Source of the DNA: Nitrososphaeraceae archaeon
GTDB taxonomy: Archaea; Thermoproteota; Nitrososphaeria; Nitrososphaerales; Nitrosopumilaceae
Reading direction: 5' to 3'
Length of the DNA stretch: 32,555 nt
NCBI GenBank assembly: GCA_025922755.1
Contig: JAICHE010000001.1
Coordinates: 1-32,555 of the forward strand
In this document: positions 8,523-16,215 of the stretch, piece by piece
How the letters are laid out: every line of letters starts with the position of its first letter
Position numbering within the stretch: position 1 is the first letter of the stretch
Position numbers and translations under genes: made by a program
Notes under the pieces: model-generated
Told to the model about the DNA's origin: nothing
Databases searched by the model: none
Seen by the model: the letters and a program-made list of their open reading frames with translations, nothing else

Positions 8523-9305
8523 TTATTTTGTAGATTGGCCTCCATCTACGGCAAGAATGGCTCCTGTAGTCCAAGAGGAATCTTCAGAAGCTAAAAATAA
8601 AATTGATTTTGCAACATCTCCTGGTGTTCCTATTCGTCCTATTGGATGATCATTATCCATAAATTCTCTATCTTTTTCTGTTTTCAAAAAAGGTTTAGTC
8701 ATATCAGTATCGACTACTCCAGGACACACACAATTAACACGGATTCTATCTTTTGCATACTCTAATGACCAACATTTTGTTAACACAATTAATGCTGCCT
8801 TGGAAGCGGAATATGCATCAGCATTAAATCCTTCATATGCTTTTAATCCTGCATCAGATGAAACATTAACAATTGTACCTGAAGATTTTTTCAAAAAGGG
8901 TATTGAAAACTTTGTAAATCTAAACTGTCCATTTAGATTCACATTTAGAACTTCATTCCATTCTAAATCCGATATTTCATGTAATTGTTTAATTTTAGGA
9001 AAGATCCCTGCATTATTAACCAAAATATCAAGCCTCCCAAACTTTTCTATTGTTTTTTCTACAACTGTTTTAACTTCTTCTTCTTCTGTAATATCTGCTG
9101 AAATGGGATAAACATTAGTAAGTTGATTGGAAGCATTTTCTAATTGTTTTACATTTTTTGAAGTAATTACCACTGTTGCTCCATTTTCTGAAAGAATTTT
9201 GGCAGTTTCAAATCCTATACCTCTACTTCCACCAGTAACTATTGCAACTTTTCCTTTTAATTTCAATAAATACATCCTTAAATTTCGTAATTTATACCTC
9301 TTCAA
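8523..9305 (-). CDS. Short-chain dehydrogenase/reductase (FabG-like)
   Basis: TGGSRGIG Rossmann motif, NNAG, and catalytic YSASK. The likely true start is the internal MYLLKLKGKVAIVTGG. Confidence 0.9.
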   Translation of the reverse strand: MKRYKLRNLRMYLLKLKGKVAIVTGGSRGIGFETAKILSENGATVVITSKNVKQLENASNQLTNVYPISADITEEEEVKTVVEKTIEKFGRLDILVNNAGIFPKIKQLHEISDLEWNEVLNVNLNGQFRFTKFSIPFLKKSSGTIVNVSSDAGLKAYEGFNADAYSASKAALIVLTKCWSLEYAKDRIRVNCVCPGVVDTDMTKPFLKTEKDREFMDNDHPIGRIGTPGDVAKSILFLASEDSSWTTGAILAVDGGQSTK

Positions 9306-9589
9306 AATTTTTGTAGTGATTTATCATATTTTATAATCAAATCTTCGAGGAAATCTATTGGAATATCAGTTCTTGTGAATTTAATTTTTTAATTGAATAT
9401 TTACTAAAATCAATTCTCATCCCAATTTAAGAAATTTAGTTCAAAAGTTTATCCAATACATAATCAATCATTTGTTCTATAAATTTTAAAAAAATTATAA
9501 AAATTTACAAATATTTTTTTTAAATGATAAATAGTTAAAAAAACTATATGAATCAATGTTGAAGGACATTATTCCTATCGACTAAAGTA

Positions 9590-9682
9590 GCGTGGCCCAG
9601 CAGAACGAAAAAGGCAATCAGACTTTCAAAGATCTGACCACGAGAGGAAATCTCTCATAGTTCTGCAACAAGTGGGGCACGC
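9590..9682. ncRNA. G+C-rich structured RNA candidate, class unknown
   Basis: 93-nt island with 47/93 G+C in an AT-rich spacer. Nested helices: GCGTGGCCC (9590-9598) / GGGGCACGC (9674-9682), 9 bp with one G-G mismatch; GCAGAAC (9600-9606) / GTTCTGC (9660-9666), 7 bp. These enclose two hairpins: TCAGA/TCTGA (9618-9637) and GAGAG/CTCTC (9642-9656). No cloverleaf could be drawn. Confidence 0.4.
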
Positions 9683-9685
9683 CTT

Positions 9686-10117
9686 CTAGTTTTCAATAAT
9701 ATCTACTGATATACTTCCCATAACATTTCCATTAGGATTAATCTGAATGAAAATTTCTTGTGGAGAGGGAACATTAATGATCTTTTTTCCATCATAATCC
9801 CATGTATAATACTCAGAAATCCCGGTCTCGTGTAATGTGCCATTTAACTTGAAATCTTCGTTAAATTGAAATTCTTCCCCCTCCAATTCTATTGATAAAA
9901 TCTGAGGACTATCACCATTTGGAACAAATCTGAAAGAATAATCTCCTTTATCTAACTCAAACTTACTAGAGTACACTCCTTCATTATATTGATCAGGATC
10001 AGCAAGAGTTACATGGAAAAGAATTTTATTTTTATCCTCCGAATTATTAGGCTGGGAAATAACGAAAATAGAAATTATTATTATCACAACAGGAATAATT
10101 AGGATTTTTTTTTTCAT
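9686..10117 (-). CDS. Secreted or membrane-anchored small protein (143 aa)
   Basis: N-terminal MKKKILIIPVVIIIISIFVI signal/anchor followed by a beta-rich, Asn/Glu-rich domain. No family recognised. Confidence 0.6.
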   Translation of the reverse strand: MKKKILIIPVVIIIISIFVISQPNNSEDKNKILFHVTLADPDQYNEGVYSSKFELDKGDYSFRFVPNGDSPQILSIELEGEEFQFNEDFKLNGTLHETGISEYYTWDYDGKKIINVPSPQEIFIQINPNGNVMGSISVDIIEN

Positions 10118-10247
10118 TTAGATAAAATGACATACAATAACAAAAATAAATTTCTAATCGTGCCTAGGGAACTTAGAATAGCTATTTGTGAGTAAATTTA
10201 GTAAGTGAAATTTGGTTTACTGTGAAGCAATCTTTACACCGGAAATT

Positions 10248-10264
10248 AAGTATAAATTTTAAAA
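10248..10264 (+). promoter_or_regulatory. TATA-like box upstream of the cdvB-like gene
   Basis: AAGTATAAATTTTAAAA ends 10 nt before the TTG start at 10274. The spacing implies a leaderless or near-leaderless transcript. Confidence 0.3.
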
Positions 10265-10273
10265 TTAGTACTA

Positions 10274-10918
10274 TTGACACAACTTAAGGATAAATGGACT
10301 AAACAACCACAACCAAGCATTTCTGAGAAAATCAATGATGTAATCAAACCAAAAGGTCCACTAAAACCAAGAGTTCAAACTGCAATTAAAAAACTTAGAC
10401 TACAAATTACAAAATTAGATCATATGTTAACTAAATTACAAGAAAGAGATGGTAAACTATTTCAACGAATTGTAGATGCAACCCAAAAACATGATGCTCA
10501 AACAAGTAAAGTATTATCTAATGAATTAGCGGAAGTACGAAAAGTAACAAAAATTTTAAGCAATGCAAGGATTGCTCTAGAAAGAATAGAATTGAGATTA
10601 ACTACAACAAATGATATTGGCGATACTGTAATGACAATAATGCCAACCATGGGATTGATGAAGAATCTTAAATCCTCTCTAGGAAAGATAATGCCTGGTG
10701 CAGAGCAAGAAATTGGTCAAATGGCAGATATGTTGGGTGGATTTATGACTGAAAGTTTCGCTGGAGATGGTGCCTTTGGTATTGACGAAACAACAAATAT
10801 AGAATCAGACAAAATCCTCCAAGAAGCTGCAGCAGTTGCCGAAAATTCTACTGGAGATATGTTTCCCTCAGTGCCAGCCTCAACTAGTGCAACGACATCA
10901 TCGTCAAAATTTTATTAA
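10274..10918 (+). CDS. cdvB: ESCRT-III (Snf7-like) cell-division protein CdvB family
   Basis: 214-aa ORF with a TTG start. N-terminal LKDKWTK...ISEKI...KPKGPLKPRV, then long helices (KLRLQITKLDHMLTKLQERDGKLFQRIV ... LSNELAEVRKVTKIL ... ALERIELRL). Next come the M/G-rich TIMPTMGLMKNLKSSLGKIMPGAEQE region and a Ser/Thr-rich tail, matching thaumarchaeal CdvB proteins as I recall them. Confidence 0.8.
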   Translation: MTQLKDKWTKQPQPSISEKINDVIKPKGPLKPRVQTAIKKLRLQITKLDHMLTKLQERDGKLFQRIVDATQKHDAQTSKVLSNELAEVRKVTKILSNARIALERIELRLTTTNDIGDTVMTIMPTMGLMKNLKSSLGKIMPGAEQEIGQMADMLGGFMTESFAGDGAFGIDETTNIESDKILQEAAAVAENSTGDMFPSVPASTSATTSSSKFY

Positions 10919-10934
10919 AATTTAATTTTAAAAA

Positions 10935-11426
10935 TTAGGATTCTAATGATTCCCTTGATTCTTTAATTTTCCTTACTCTTTCTCCTTCATTATCCACAAT
11001 TCTGTCAATACCAGATAATTTATCCTTCAAACTATTGATTAAAGATCCCACTTCATCGGCTTCATTTTCGACTTGTTGTCTTTTACGAGCCAATTCCTTG
11101 ATTCCTTGGTTTTCTTCATCAATATAGGCACTAACTTTTTCTAATTTTTCTTTGAGATTCTTTATATCCACTGACTCTTCTTCAATATCTTTTTCTAAAC
11201 CAGTCCGTTTATCCTTCAAATTCTTTATCATTAGACCTACATAATCAATTGCCTCATCTAATTGGGCACGTTTATTCATGAGATCTCCAATCCCAATTTC
11301 ACTTGATTTTTCAGAAAAACTCTCTACCTTTGGCTCCTCATCTACTTTCTCTACCTTTGGCTCCTCACTAGTTTTTTCTTCTACCATCTCTCCACCTTCA
11401 TCTTGCTTCTTGAACTTGTCAAACAA
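10935..11426 (-). CDS. Acidic coiled-coil protein (163 aa)
   Basis: Glu/Lys-rich, with heptad-like repeats (LKDKRTGLEKDIEEE, LKEKLEKV, LKDKLSGIDRIV). The N-terminal part has a duplicated EEPKVE segment. Convergent with the cdvB-like gene. Confidence 0.6.
   Translation of the reverse strand: MFDKFKKQDEGGEMVEEKTSEEPKVEKVDEEPKVESFSEKSSEIGIGDLMNKRAQLDEAIDYVGLMIKNLKDKRTGLEKDIEEESVDIKNLKEKLEKVSAYIDEENQGIKELARKRQQVENEADEVGSLINSLKDKLSGIDRIVDNEGERVRKIKESRESLES
11322..11367. repeat. In-frame tandem duplication (19-nt perfect core, 27-nt period)
   Basis: CTCTACCTTTGGCTCCTCA occurs at 11322-11340 and again at 11349-11367. It encodes EEPKVEKVD / EEPKVESFS in the minus-strand coiled-coil gene. Confidence 0.9.
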
Positions 11427-11808
11427 TTTATAATTTTATTATAAAAATGGAATAAAAAGTTATTATGTATTCTCAAAACTGACCTAATGAATGATTTTTT
11501 CAATTAAAATATCCAAATATCCATTTTTTTGAAAATTGGGAGGTTTTTCATTTTTTAATATCTGAATCTTCCATAATGTTTTCTCCATTTTCTTCACGAG
11601 ATAGTTCCATTCAGATGATCCTGATGAAAACATTGACAATAATTCTCTATTTTGGATATTTTCTATTAGATTTTTTTAATTATCAGATGATATCTAGGCT
11701 AAGACCATAGGAATGAGGGTGAAACGCACTGTTCCTTATATACAAAAAACCAACAAAAACAAAGAAAAAAACTAGATTTTTCAAGATTTTTTCAAAAAAT
11801 CAATTTTC

Positions 11809-11830
11809 TAGAATTTTGAAAAAAATTCTA
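11809..11830. promoter_or_regulatory. Perfect 9-bp-arm palindrome in the long intergenic region
   Basis: TAGAATTTT-GAAA-AAAATTCTA (arms 11809-11817 and 11822-11830). Candidate dimeric regulator site, although low-complexity A/T sequence makes chance palindromes likelier. Confidence 0.3.
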
Positions 11831-11926
11831 AATTTTGTATCAAAAATGTAGGCACAAAAAATATGCCAAATTTTCTTCCCGCATCAAAAATCTTAAAAAT
11901 TCATCATTTTTTTAGATGAAATTGGC

Positions 11927-11949
11927 GTTCCGCTTTGTGTTCCGCTTTG
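11927..11949. promoter_or_regulatory. Tandem direct repeat GTTCCGCTTTG x2 (candidate operator)
   Basis: GTTCCGCTTTG occurs at 11927-11937 and 11939-11949 with a 12-nt period. It is relatively G+C-rich and sits just upstream of an AAAATATT TATA-like element, 47-69 nt upstream of ATG 11996 of the small wHTH gene. Confidence 0.4.
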
Positions 11950-11995
11950 AAGTTTCAAAATATTCCTCATAAACAAACCAATACAATACTTTGAC

Positions 11996-12283
11996 ATGTC
12001 AAAACAACAATACAGGTCCGAAATGGGCATAATGGGTGATATCCTAGACGTTACCGCAAATGGTGGACGTGATGGAATCATTATATCTGCAATATCTCGC
12101 AAAGCCAACCTTTCTCACTATGCAGTACTAGACAAGTGTGAGAAATTGGTAGAAGCTGGCTTAGTCGAGTCCGTCAAAAACGATAGAAATAGAGTCTTTT
12201 TGATAACTGAGAAAGGACTTCAATTTTTCCAGGAATTTAAGAGATTTCAGGGACTCGTAGAAAGCATGAATTTAAGGTATTAG
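11996..12283 (+). CDS. Small winged-helix DNA-binding protein (95 aa, HTH_45-like)
   Basis: The pattern GDILDV...GIIISAISRKANLSHYAVLDKCEKLVEAGLVESV...RVFLITEKGLQF is the helix-turn-helix plus wing layout of small archaeal wHTH regulators. Confidence 0.7.
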   Translation: MSKQQYRSEMGIMGDILDVTANGGRDGIIISAISRKANLSHYAVLDKCEKLVEAGLVESVKNDRNRVFLITEKGLQFFQEFKRFQGLVESMNLRY

Positions 12284-12286
12284 CCA

Positions 12287-13321
12287 TTGAACCCAGAAAT
12301 CGTACCAATCCATAGGAATGAACCTCTCGTAGATGATGGAATGCTTTTTGTAAGGACTGAAGGTATCGTCAATACAATGATTAGGATGCCCCTTGTACTT
12401 GCCGGCTTGCTAGTTATGGCCATTGGGATGCCACTCCAGACCTCATTCAGCTCTACTAGAACCCTGGAATTAACCATGTATACAGATGGTTCTACACATA
12501 TTTCTACTCAAATTGATATAGAAACATTTTCTCCAGATTTTGAAATCGACTTATTCGGTCCATCCGTTGATAATTTCGTTGCAGTAGGAGCAGATGGATT
12601 TTTGCTTACAAGTGAAGTTATAGAAGATAAAGCTGTTGTCGATACTTTTGGGTCCTCCAGCATTACGGTTGATTATGATATTCATGATTTAATTTCAAAG
12701 GAAGGAAGAGTTTGGACTTTCTCGTTTGATTCTCCTTCAGATTATACCTTGCTTATGCCCTCAAGTTCCATTATTGTCGGAATGAGTACCATCCCCAAGA
12801 ATATGGAGATCCTAGAGGAGCAAACAAAATTAGAATTATCCAGCGGACCTACTGAGATTAATTACATTCTTGGGATACCAACAACGCCTGTTGACACTAA
12901 ACCTCCAACAATCACACCTCCCCCTTCAGAGGATTATACTGTACCAATTATTGTTGGAACAATTGCAGCCGCAGGAGTAGCTGGAGCATCAGTCATCATA
13001 AAGAAAAACAGAGCAAAAACATCTCCGACAGTTCAAAAAGAAATTGTACAAGAAAAATCAACAGAAGAAAAGTCTGTGGATCCACAAAAAATCTTTGATT
13101 ATAGACCCGACATGCGAGAAGACGATAAAAAAATAGTTAGATTTCTCTCTGAAAACGGAGGGCAAGCCTTTGAAAGTGAATTGAGAAAAAAATTCCTTCA
13201 ACCAAGAACAACTATGTGGAGAGCTGTAAAACGACTAGAACGACTTGATGTAATCACAATTACCAAAAAAGACATGCAAAATCTTGTTAAACTTAGAGAA
13301 GATGTGGAGGAGGAAGAATGA
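12287..13321 (+). CDS. Membrane-tethered transcription-regulator-like protein (extracellular domain, TM, cytoplasmic wHTH)
   Basis: The ORF opens at TTG 12287; the likelier start is ATG 12380 (MIRMPLVLAGLLVMAIGMPL, a signal/anchor). Layout: ~190-aa extracytoplasmic domain; Pro/Thr linker (PTTPVDTKPPTITPPPSEDY); TM helix (IIVGTIAAAGVAGASVIII + KKNR); C-terminal wHTH (IVRFLSENGGQAFESELRKKFLQPRTTMWRAVKRLERLDVITI). Confidence 0.7.
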   Translation: MNPEIVPIHRNEPLVDDGMLFVRTEGIVNTMIRMPLVLAGLLVMAIGMPLQTSFSSTRTLELTMYTDGSTHISTQIDIETFSPDFEIDLFGPSVDNFVAVGADGFLLTSEVIEDKAVVDTFGSSSITVDYDIHDLISKEGRVWTFSFDSPSDYTLLMPSSSIIVGMSTIPKNMEILEEQTKLELSSGPTEINYILGIPTTPVDTKPPTITPPPSEDYTVPIIVGTIAAAGVAGASVIIKKNRAKTSPTVQKEIVQEKSTEEKSVDPQKIFDYRPDMREDDKKIVRFLSENGGQAFESELRKKFLQPRTTMWRAVKRLERLDVITITKKDMQNLVKLREDVEEEE

Positions 13322-14304
13322 AATCAATTAAAATTTTAGGATTACTTATTTTAGTGGTAAGTTTAACAGTAGGGAGCATTACAAATCCCGCATTCGCTCA
13401 AGAAGATCCTCAAATATTAGTCAAAATTGCTAAACGAGCTCAAGATCAAATTCAAAAACAAATTACTGATGAATCTCCTATATCAATAAAAGAGCTATTT
13501 CAGGAAGGTAAAAACAAAGTTTCTTCATTAGAAACATCTCTCTCAAATAATGATTATACTACTGCAAGAGAAGATTTTCTAGCAGCAATGAAAATTTTCA
13601 GTGAACTTTCACATCAATTATCAGCTCAACCAACACAAAGTCAAATTGCAAGTAAATCTACACCAAATCCTTCAAATGATTTACTAAGATTATACAGTTA
13701 TGTTAATAATCTAAAGAATATTGCTAGGAATCATAACTCCACAATAAACTTTGATTATCTTGATGGATTATTCGTTACTTCTAAAAATCAAATTCAAAAT
13801 AATCAGTTTTCCCAAGCCTCACAAACCATTCATGAAATTAAACAAACCATAATTGAAATTAACGCAGAACTACGTGAAGAGGCCTCACAAAAAGAACTAT
13901 CTCGTGCTCAAGTATTTGCTCAAAAATATCTAAAACAAATTGATAGATTAATCGAACACTCTCAAAGTACTGGCGTATCTCAAGAAATTATTCAAAAATT
14001 TGAGACTGCCAGAGAAAATCTTTCTGTAGCATCTACACCCTCTCAAGTAATACAAGAGGTTCGAAACACCATGATTCTTCAACAACAATATGAACTTACA
14101 GAAAATAAACTTCTACAATTAAGAGTTGATCAAATTGAAAAAACTTTGGATTCTATCTCAACAGAACTAGATGAAAATAGTCTCCAAGAACTAAAAGAAT
14201 CTCTTCAAGCAATTAAAACCAGTATTTCCAAAAGTGACTTTGAAGAGGCAAATAAATTACTAAGATCTATAACATCAACTCTTGAACAGATTCAAATCCA
14301 GTAA
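13318..14304 (+). CDS. Secreted all-helical / coiled-coil protein (328 aa)
   Basis: Signal peptide MKSIKILGLLILVVSLTVGSITNPAFA, then Gln/Glu/Ser-rich helical repeats. The ATGA start/stop overlap with the upstream gene (13318-13321) indicates translational coupling. Confidence 0.65.
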   Translation: MKSIKILGLLILVVSLTVGSITNPAFAQEDPQILVKIAKRAQDQIQKQITDESPISIKELFQEGKNKVSSLETSLSNNDYTTAREDFLAAMKIFSELSHQLSAQPTQSQIASKSTPNPSNDLLRLYSYVNNLKNIARNHNSTINFDYLDGLFVTSKNQIQNNQFSQASQTIHEIKQTIIEINAELREEASQKELSRAQVFAQKYLKQIDRLIEHSQSTGVSQEIIQKFETARENLSVASTPSQVIQEVRNTMILQQQYELTENKLLQLRVDQIEKTLDSISTELDENSLQELKESLQAIKTSISKSDFEEANKLLRSITSTLEQIQIQ

Positions 14305-14343
14305 TAATTTATCATAAACTTCATATACATTTTCCAAACAGCA

Positions 14344-14544
14344 TTGAGCATGGCTTCTAAGCAAATCACAGTTGGTGTAGGAATTCCAATGATAGTGGTT
14401 GGAGCATTAATGGCATGGCTTTGGGCTCCATTGGAAGTTGAAATGCAAAGTACAGTTGAATTTGTAGGTAGCCTCATTGGAATTTTAGGCGTTGTATTTT
14501 TCATATCTGGATTATTCTATGCCAAAGAACCTGTAATGCACTAA
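14344..14544 (+). CDS. Small membrane protein (about 64 aa, 2 TM)
   Basis: Two hydrophobic helices (VGVGIPMIVVGALMAWLWAP, VGSLIGILGVVFFISGLFY). ATG at 14350 is the likelier start. Confidence 0.5.
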   Translation: MSMASKQITVGVGIPMIVVGALMAWLWAPLEVEMQSTVEFVGSLIGILGVVFFISGLFYAKEPVMH

Positions 14545-14588
14545 CAAAAACTCATTGAATAAATAATGAAAAAAATTACAACTATTAC

Positions 14589-15302
14589 TTGAAAGTTAGA
14601 TTATTTGAAATTTTTACATCCGTAGAAGGAGAAGGAATTCTTTATGGCACAAAAACTCTATTTGTTAGATTAGCAGGTTGTCCTTTTACTTGTTTTTATT
14701 GTGATACTAAAGAATCACTACCACTTGATTCTGGAACAGAATACGATCTAGATGAAGCATGTAAGCTAATTGATTCAAACCTAAAAAATCAGACATACAA
14801 AGTTAATTTTACTGGTGGAGATCCCTTAGTACAATACCAGGCTGTGGCAGAATTAGCTAAACATGTACAAAGTAAAAAAATCCCTACATATCTTGAATCA
14901 TCCTGCTTTGACTCTAAGAAATTTGATTATATTCTGCCTTTTATCGATATTGTAAAAATTGAATTTAAAACTAAGGATTCTGAGTTTGTCGATTCTAAAC
15001 ACTATGAAAAATTAATCGCAAACACAATGGATTGTCTTAAATCCTCAGTATCTTCTAAAAAAATTACTTACATCAAAATAGTTGTTAGTTCTAAAACAAA
15101 TCTAAATGATTTTAGCAATTTAGTAAGAAGTATTTTCAATTCCATTTCAAAGAATCAAATTGACGGATTTGTTATACAACCAACCTATGGAATTGCAGAA
15201 CCATCCTTAGATTTACTTCTAAAAATGTATGATATTGTATATCCATTCTACAATGAAGTAAAAGTGGTCCCTCAACTGCACAAGTTCATAGGAGCCCCAT
15301 AA
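14589..15302 (+). CDS. queE: 7-carboxy-7-deazaguanine synthase (radical SAM)
   Basis: The TTG start gives MKVRLFEIFTSVEGEG, the conserved QueE N-terminus. It has the radical-SAM cluster motif C-PFT-C-FY-C and is 237 aa long. Confidence 0.85.
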   Translation: MKVRLFEIFTSVEGEGILYGTKTLFVRLAGCPFTCFYCDTKESLPLDSGTEYDLDEACKLIDSNLKNQTYKVNFTGGDPLVQYQAVAELAKHVQSKKIPTYLESSCFDSKKFDYILPFIDIVKIEFKTKDSEFVDSKHYEKLIANTMDCLKSSVSSKKITYIKIVVSSKTNLNDFSNLVRSIFNSISKNQIDGFVIQPTYGIAEPSLDLLLKMYDIVYPFYNEVKVVPQLHKFIGAP

Positions 15303-15366
15303 AGTTACCACCAGTTAAAAAAACTAATTAGGTTCAAATACTAGAAAAATTCTTTGAGATCATCCA

Positions 15367-15924
15367 ATGGATCAAGAACGAGTAAAAAAGCTGGTCAGGG
15401 AACTAATTATCGAAATTGGAGAAGATCCTACCCGTGAGGGACTAAAAGATACTCCAGAAAGAATAGGTCAAATGTATAAAGAAATTTTTGGTGGCTATGA
15501 ATCTGACTCTGAATTATCAGTCCAGTTTTCAGAAGATTCTGACACTGTTGTTGCTAGAGATATTCAATTTTATTCCATGTGTGAACACCATATGTTACCA
15601 TTTTTTGGCAAAATCCATATTGCTTACTCCCCAAATGGAAGGGTTTTTGGAATATCCAAATTAGTAAGATTAGTTGAAAAATATTCAAAAAGACTTCAAA
15701 TTCAAGAACGACTAACTAAGAACATTGCTGATGAATTATTTGCTCAAGGAGTAAAAGGTGTAGTAGTAGTTGCCGATGCTGAACATTTGTGTATGCGTAT
15801 GAGAGGCGTAAGAAATGATGCTACTCTAACATCTTCTGCATATAGAGGAATTTTTGAAAATAAGGAAGAAAAAGAAAGCATTATGGCAATGATAAGAAAA
15901 CACCCCTCCCATTCATCATTTTAA
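15367..15924 (+). CDS. folE: GTP cyclohydrolase I (FolE type I)
   Basis: 185 aa. Contains GEDPTREGLKDTPER, the zinc/catalytic segment SMCEHHMLPFFGK, and RLQIQERLT. Confidence 0.9.
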   Translation: MDQERVKKLVRELIIEIGEDPTREGLKDTPERIGQMYKEIFGGYESDSELSVQFSEDSDTVVARDIQFYSMCEHHMLPFFGKIHIAYSPNGRVFGISKLVRLVEKYSKRLQIQERLTKNIADELFAQGVKGVVVVADAEHLCMRMRGVRNDATLTSSAYRGIFENKEEKESIMAMIRKHPSHSSF

Positions 15925-15964
15925 GATCTCAAAAATTAAATAATCATCATTTTTAACAGCTCGT

Positions 15965-16213
15965 ATGGTAGCTCACGATAATATCCATATACCAAAAGAA
16001 TCATTTCCACACTGGATTTGGTATGCAATTGAAGCAGTCATTGTAATCGTGATTTCGTTTGCAATTTCTTTCAAGGTGGCCGAATCTTTTGATGTAACAC
16101 CAGAACTGGGAAATTGGATATTAACTGGAACATTTGGTGCATGTTTCCTAATATGGTATATCATTATTCGTGGTCTTGTACTAAAAAAGAAAATTCTTCA
16201 AAATCGTTACTAA
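15965..16213 (+). CDS. Small membrane protein (82 aa, 2 TM)
   Basis: Two hydrophobic helices. Occupies the gap between folE and the convergent queC. Confidence 0.5.
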   Translation: MVAHDNIHIPKESFPHWIWYAIEAVIVIVISFAISFKVAESFDVTPELGNWILTGTFGACFLIWYIIIRGLVLKKKILQNRY

Positions 16214-16215
16214 AT

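Noticed and set aside
9575-9690. Tried to read the G+C island as a tRNA (either strand, class I or II, encoded CCA, intron in the anticodon loop).
   Set aside because: There is no 7-bp acceptor stem with adjacent T-arm and no GTTCRANYC-type T-loop. The TCAGA/TCTGA hairpin has a 10-nt loop rather than 7 nt. Only two internal hairpins exist instead of three. It is kept as an unknown structured RNA, and a multi-intron tRNA remains formally possible.
11600-11910. Possible C/D-box sRNAs in the long spacer. The cues were the TCAGATGAT duplicates, CTGATGA at about 11620-11626, and a perfect AUGAUGA on the minus strand near 11900-11906.
   Set aside because: No arrangement gives box C, ~12-nt guide, D', C', guide and box D with terminal pairing. 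In particular, no CUGA lies at the right distance downstream of the minus-strand AUGAUGA.
11893-12108. 71-aa minus-strand ORF spanning the promoter and start of the small wHTH gene.
   Set aside because: It overlaps the tandem-repeat/TATA region and the 5' end of a gene with a clear wHTH pattern. It has no motif and an odd composition, so it is most likely spurious.
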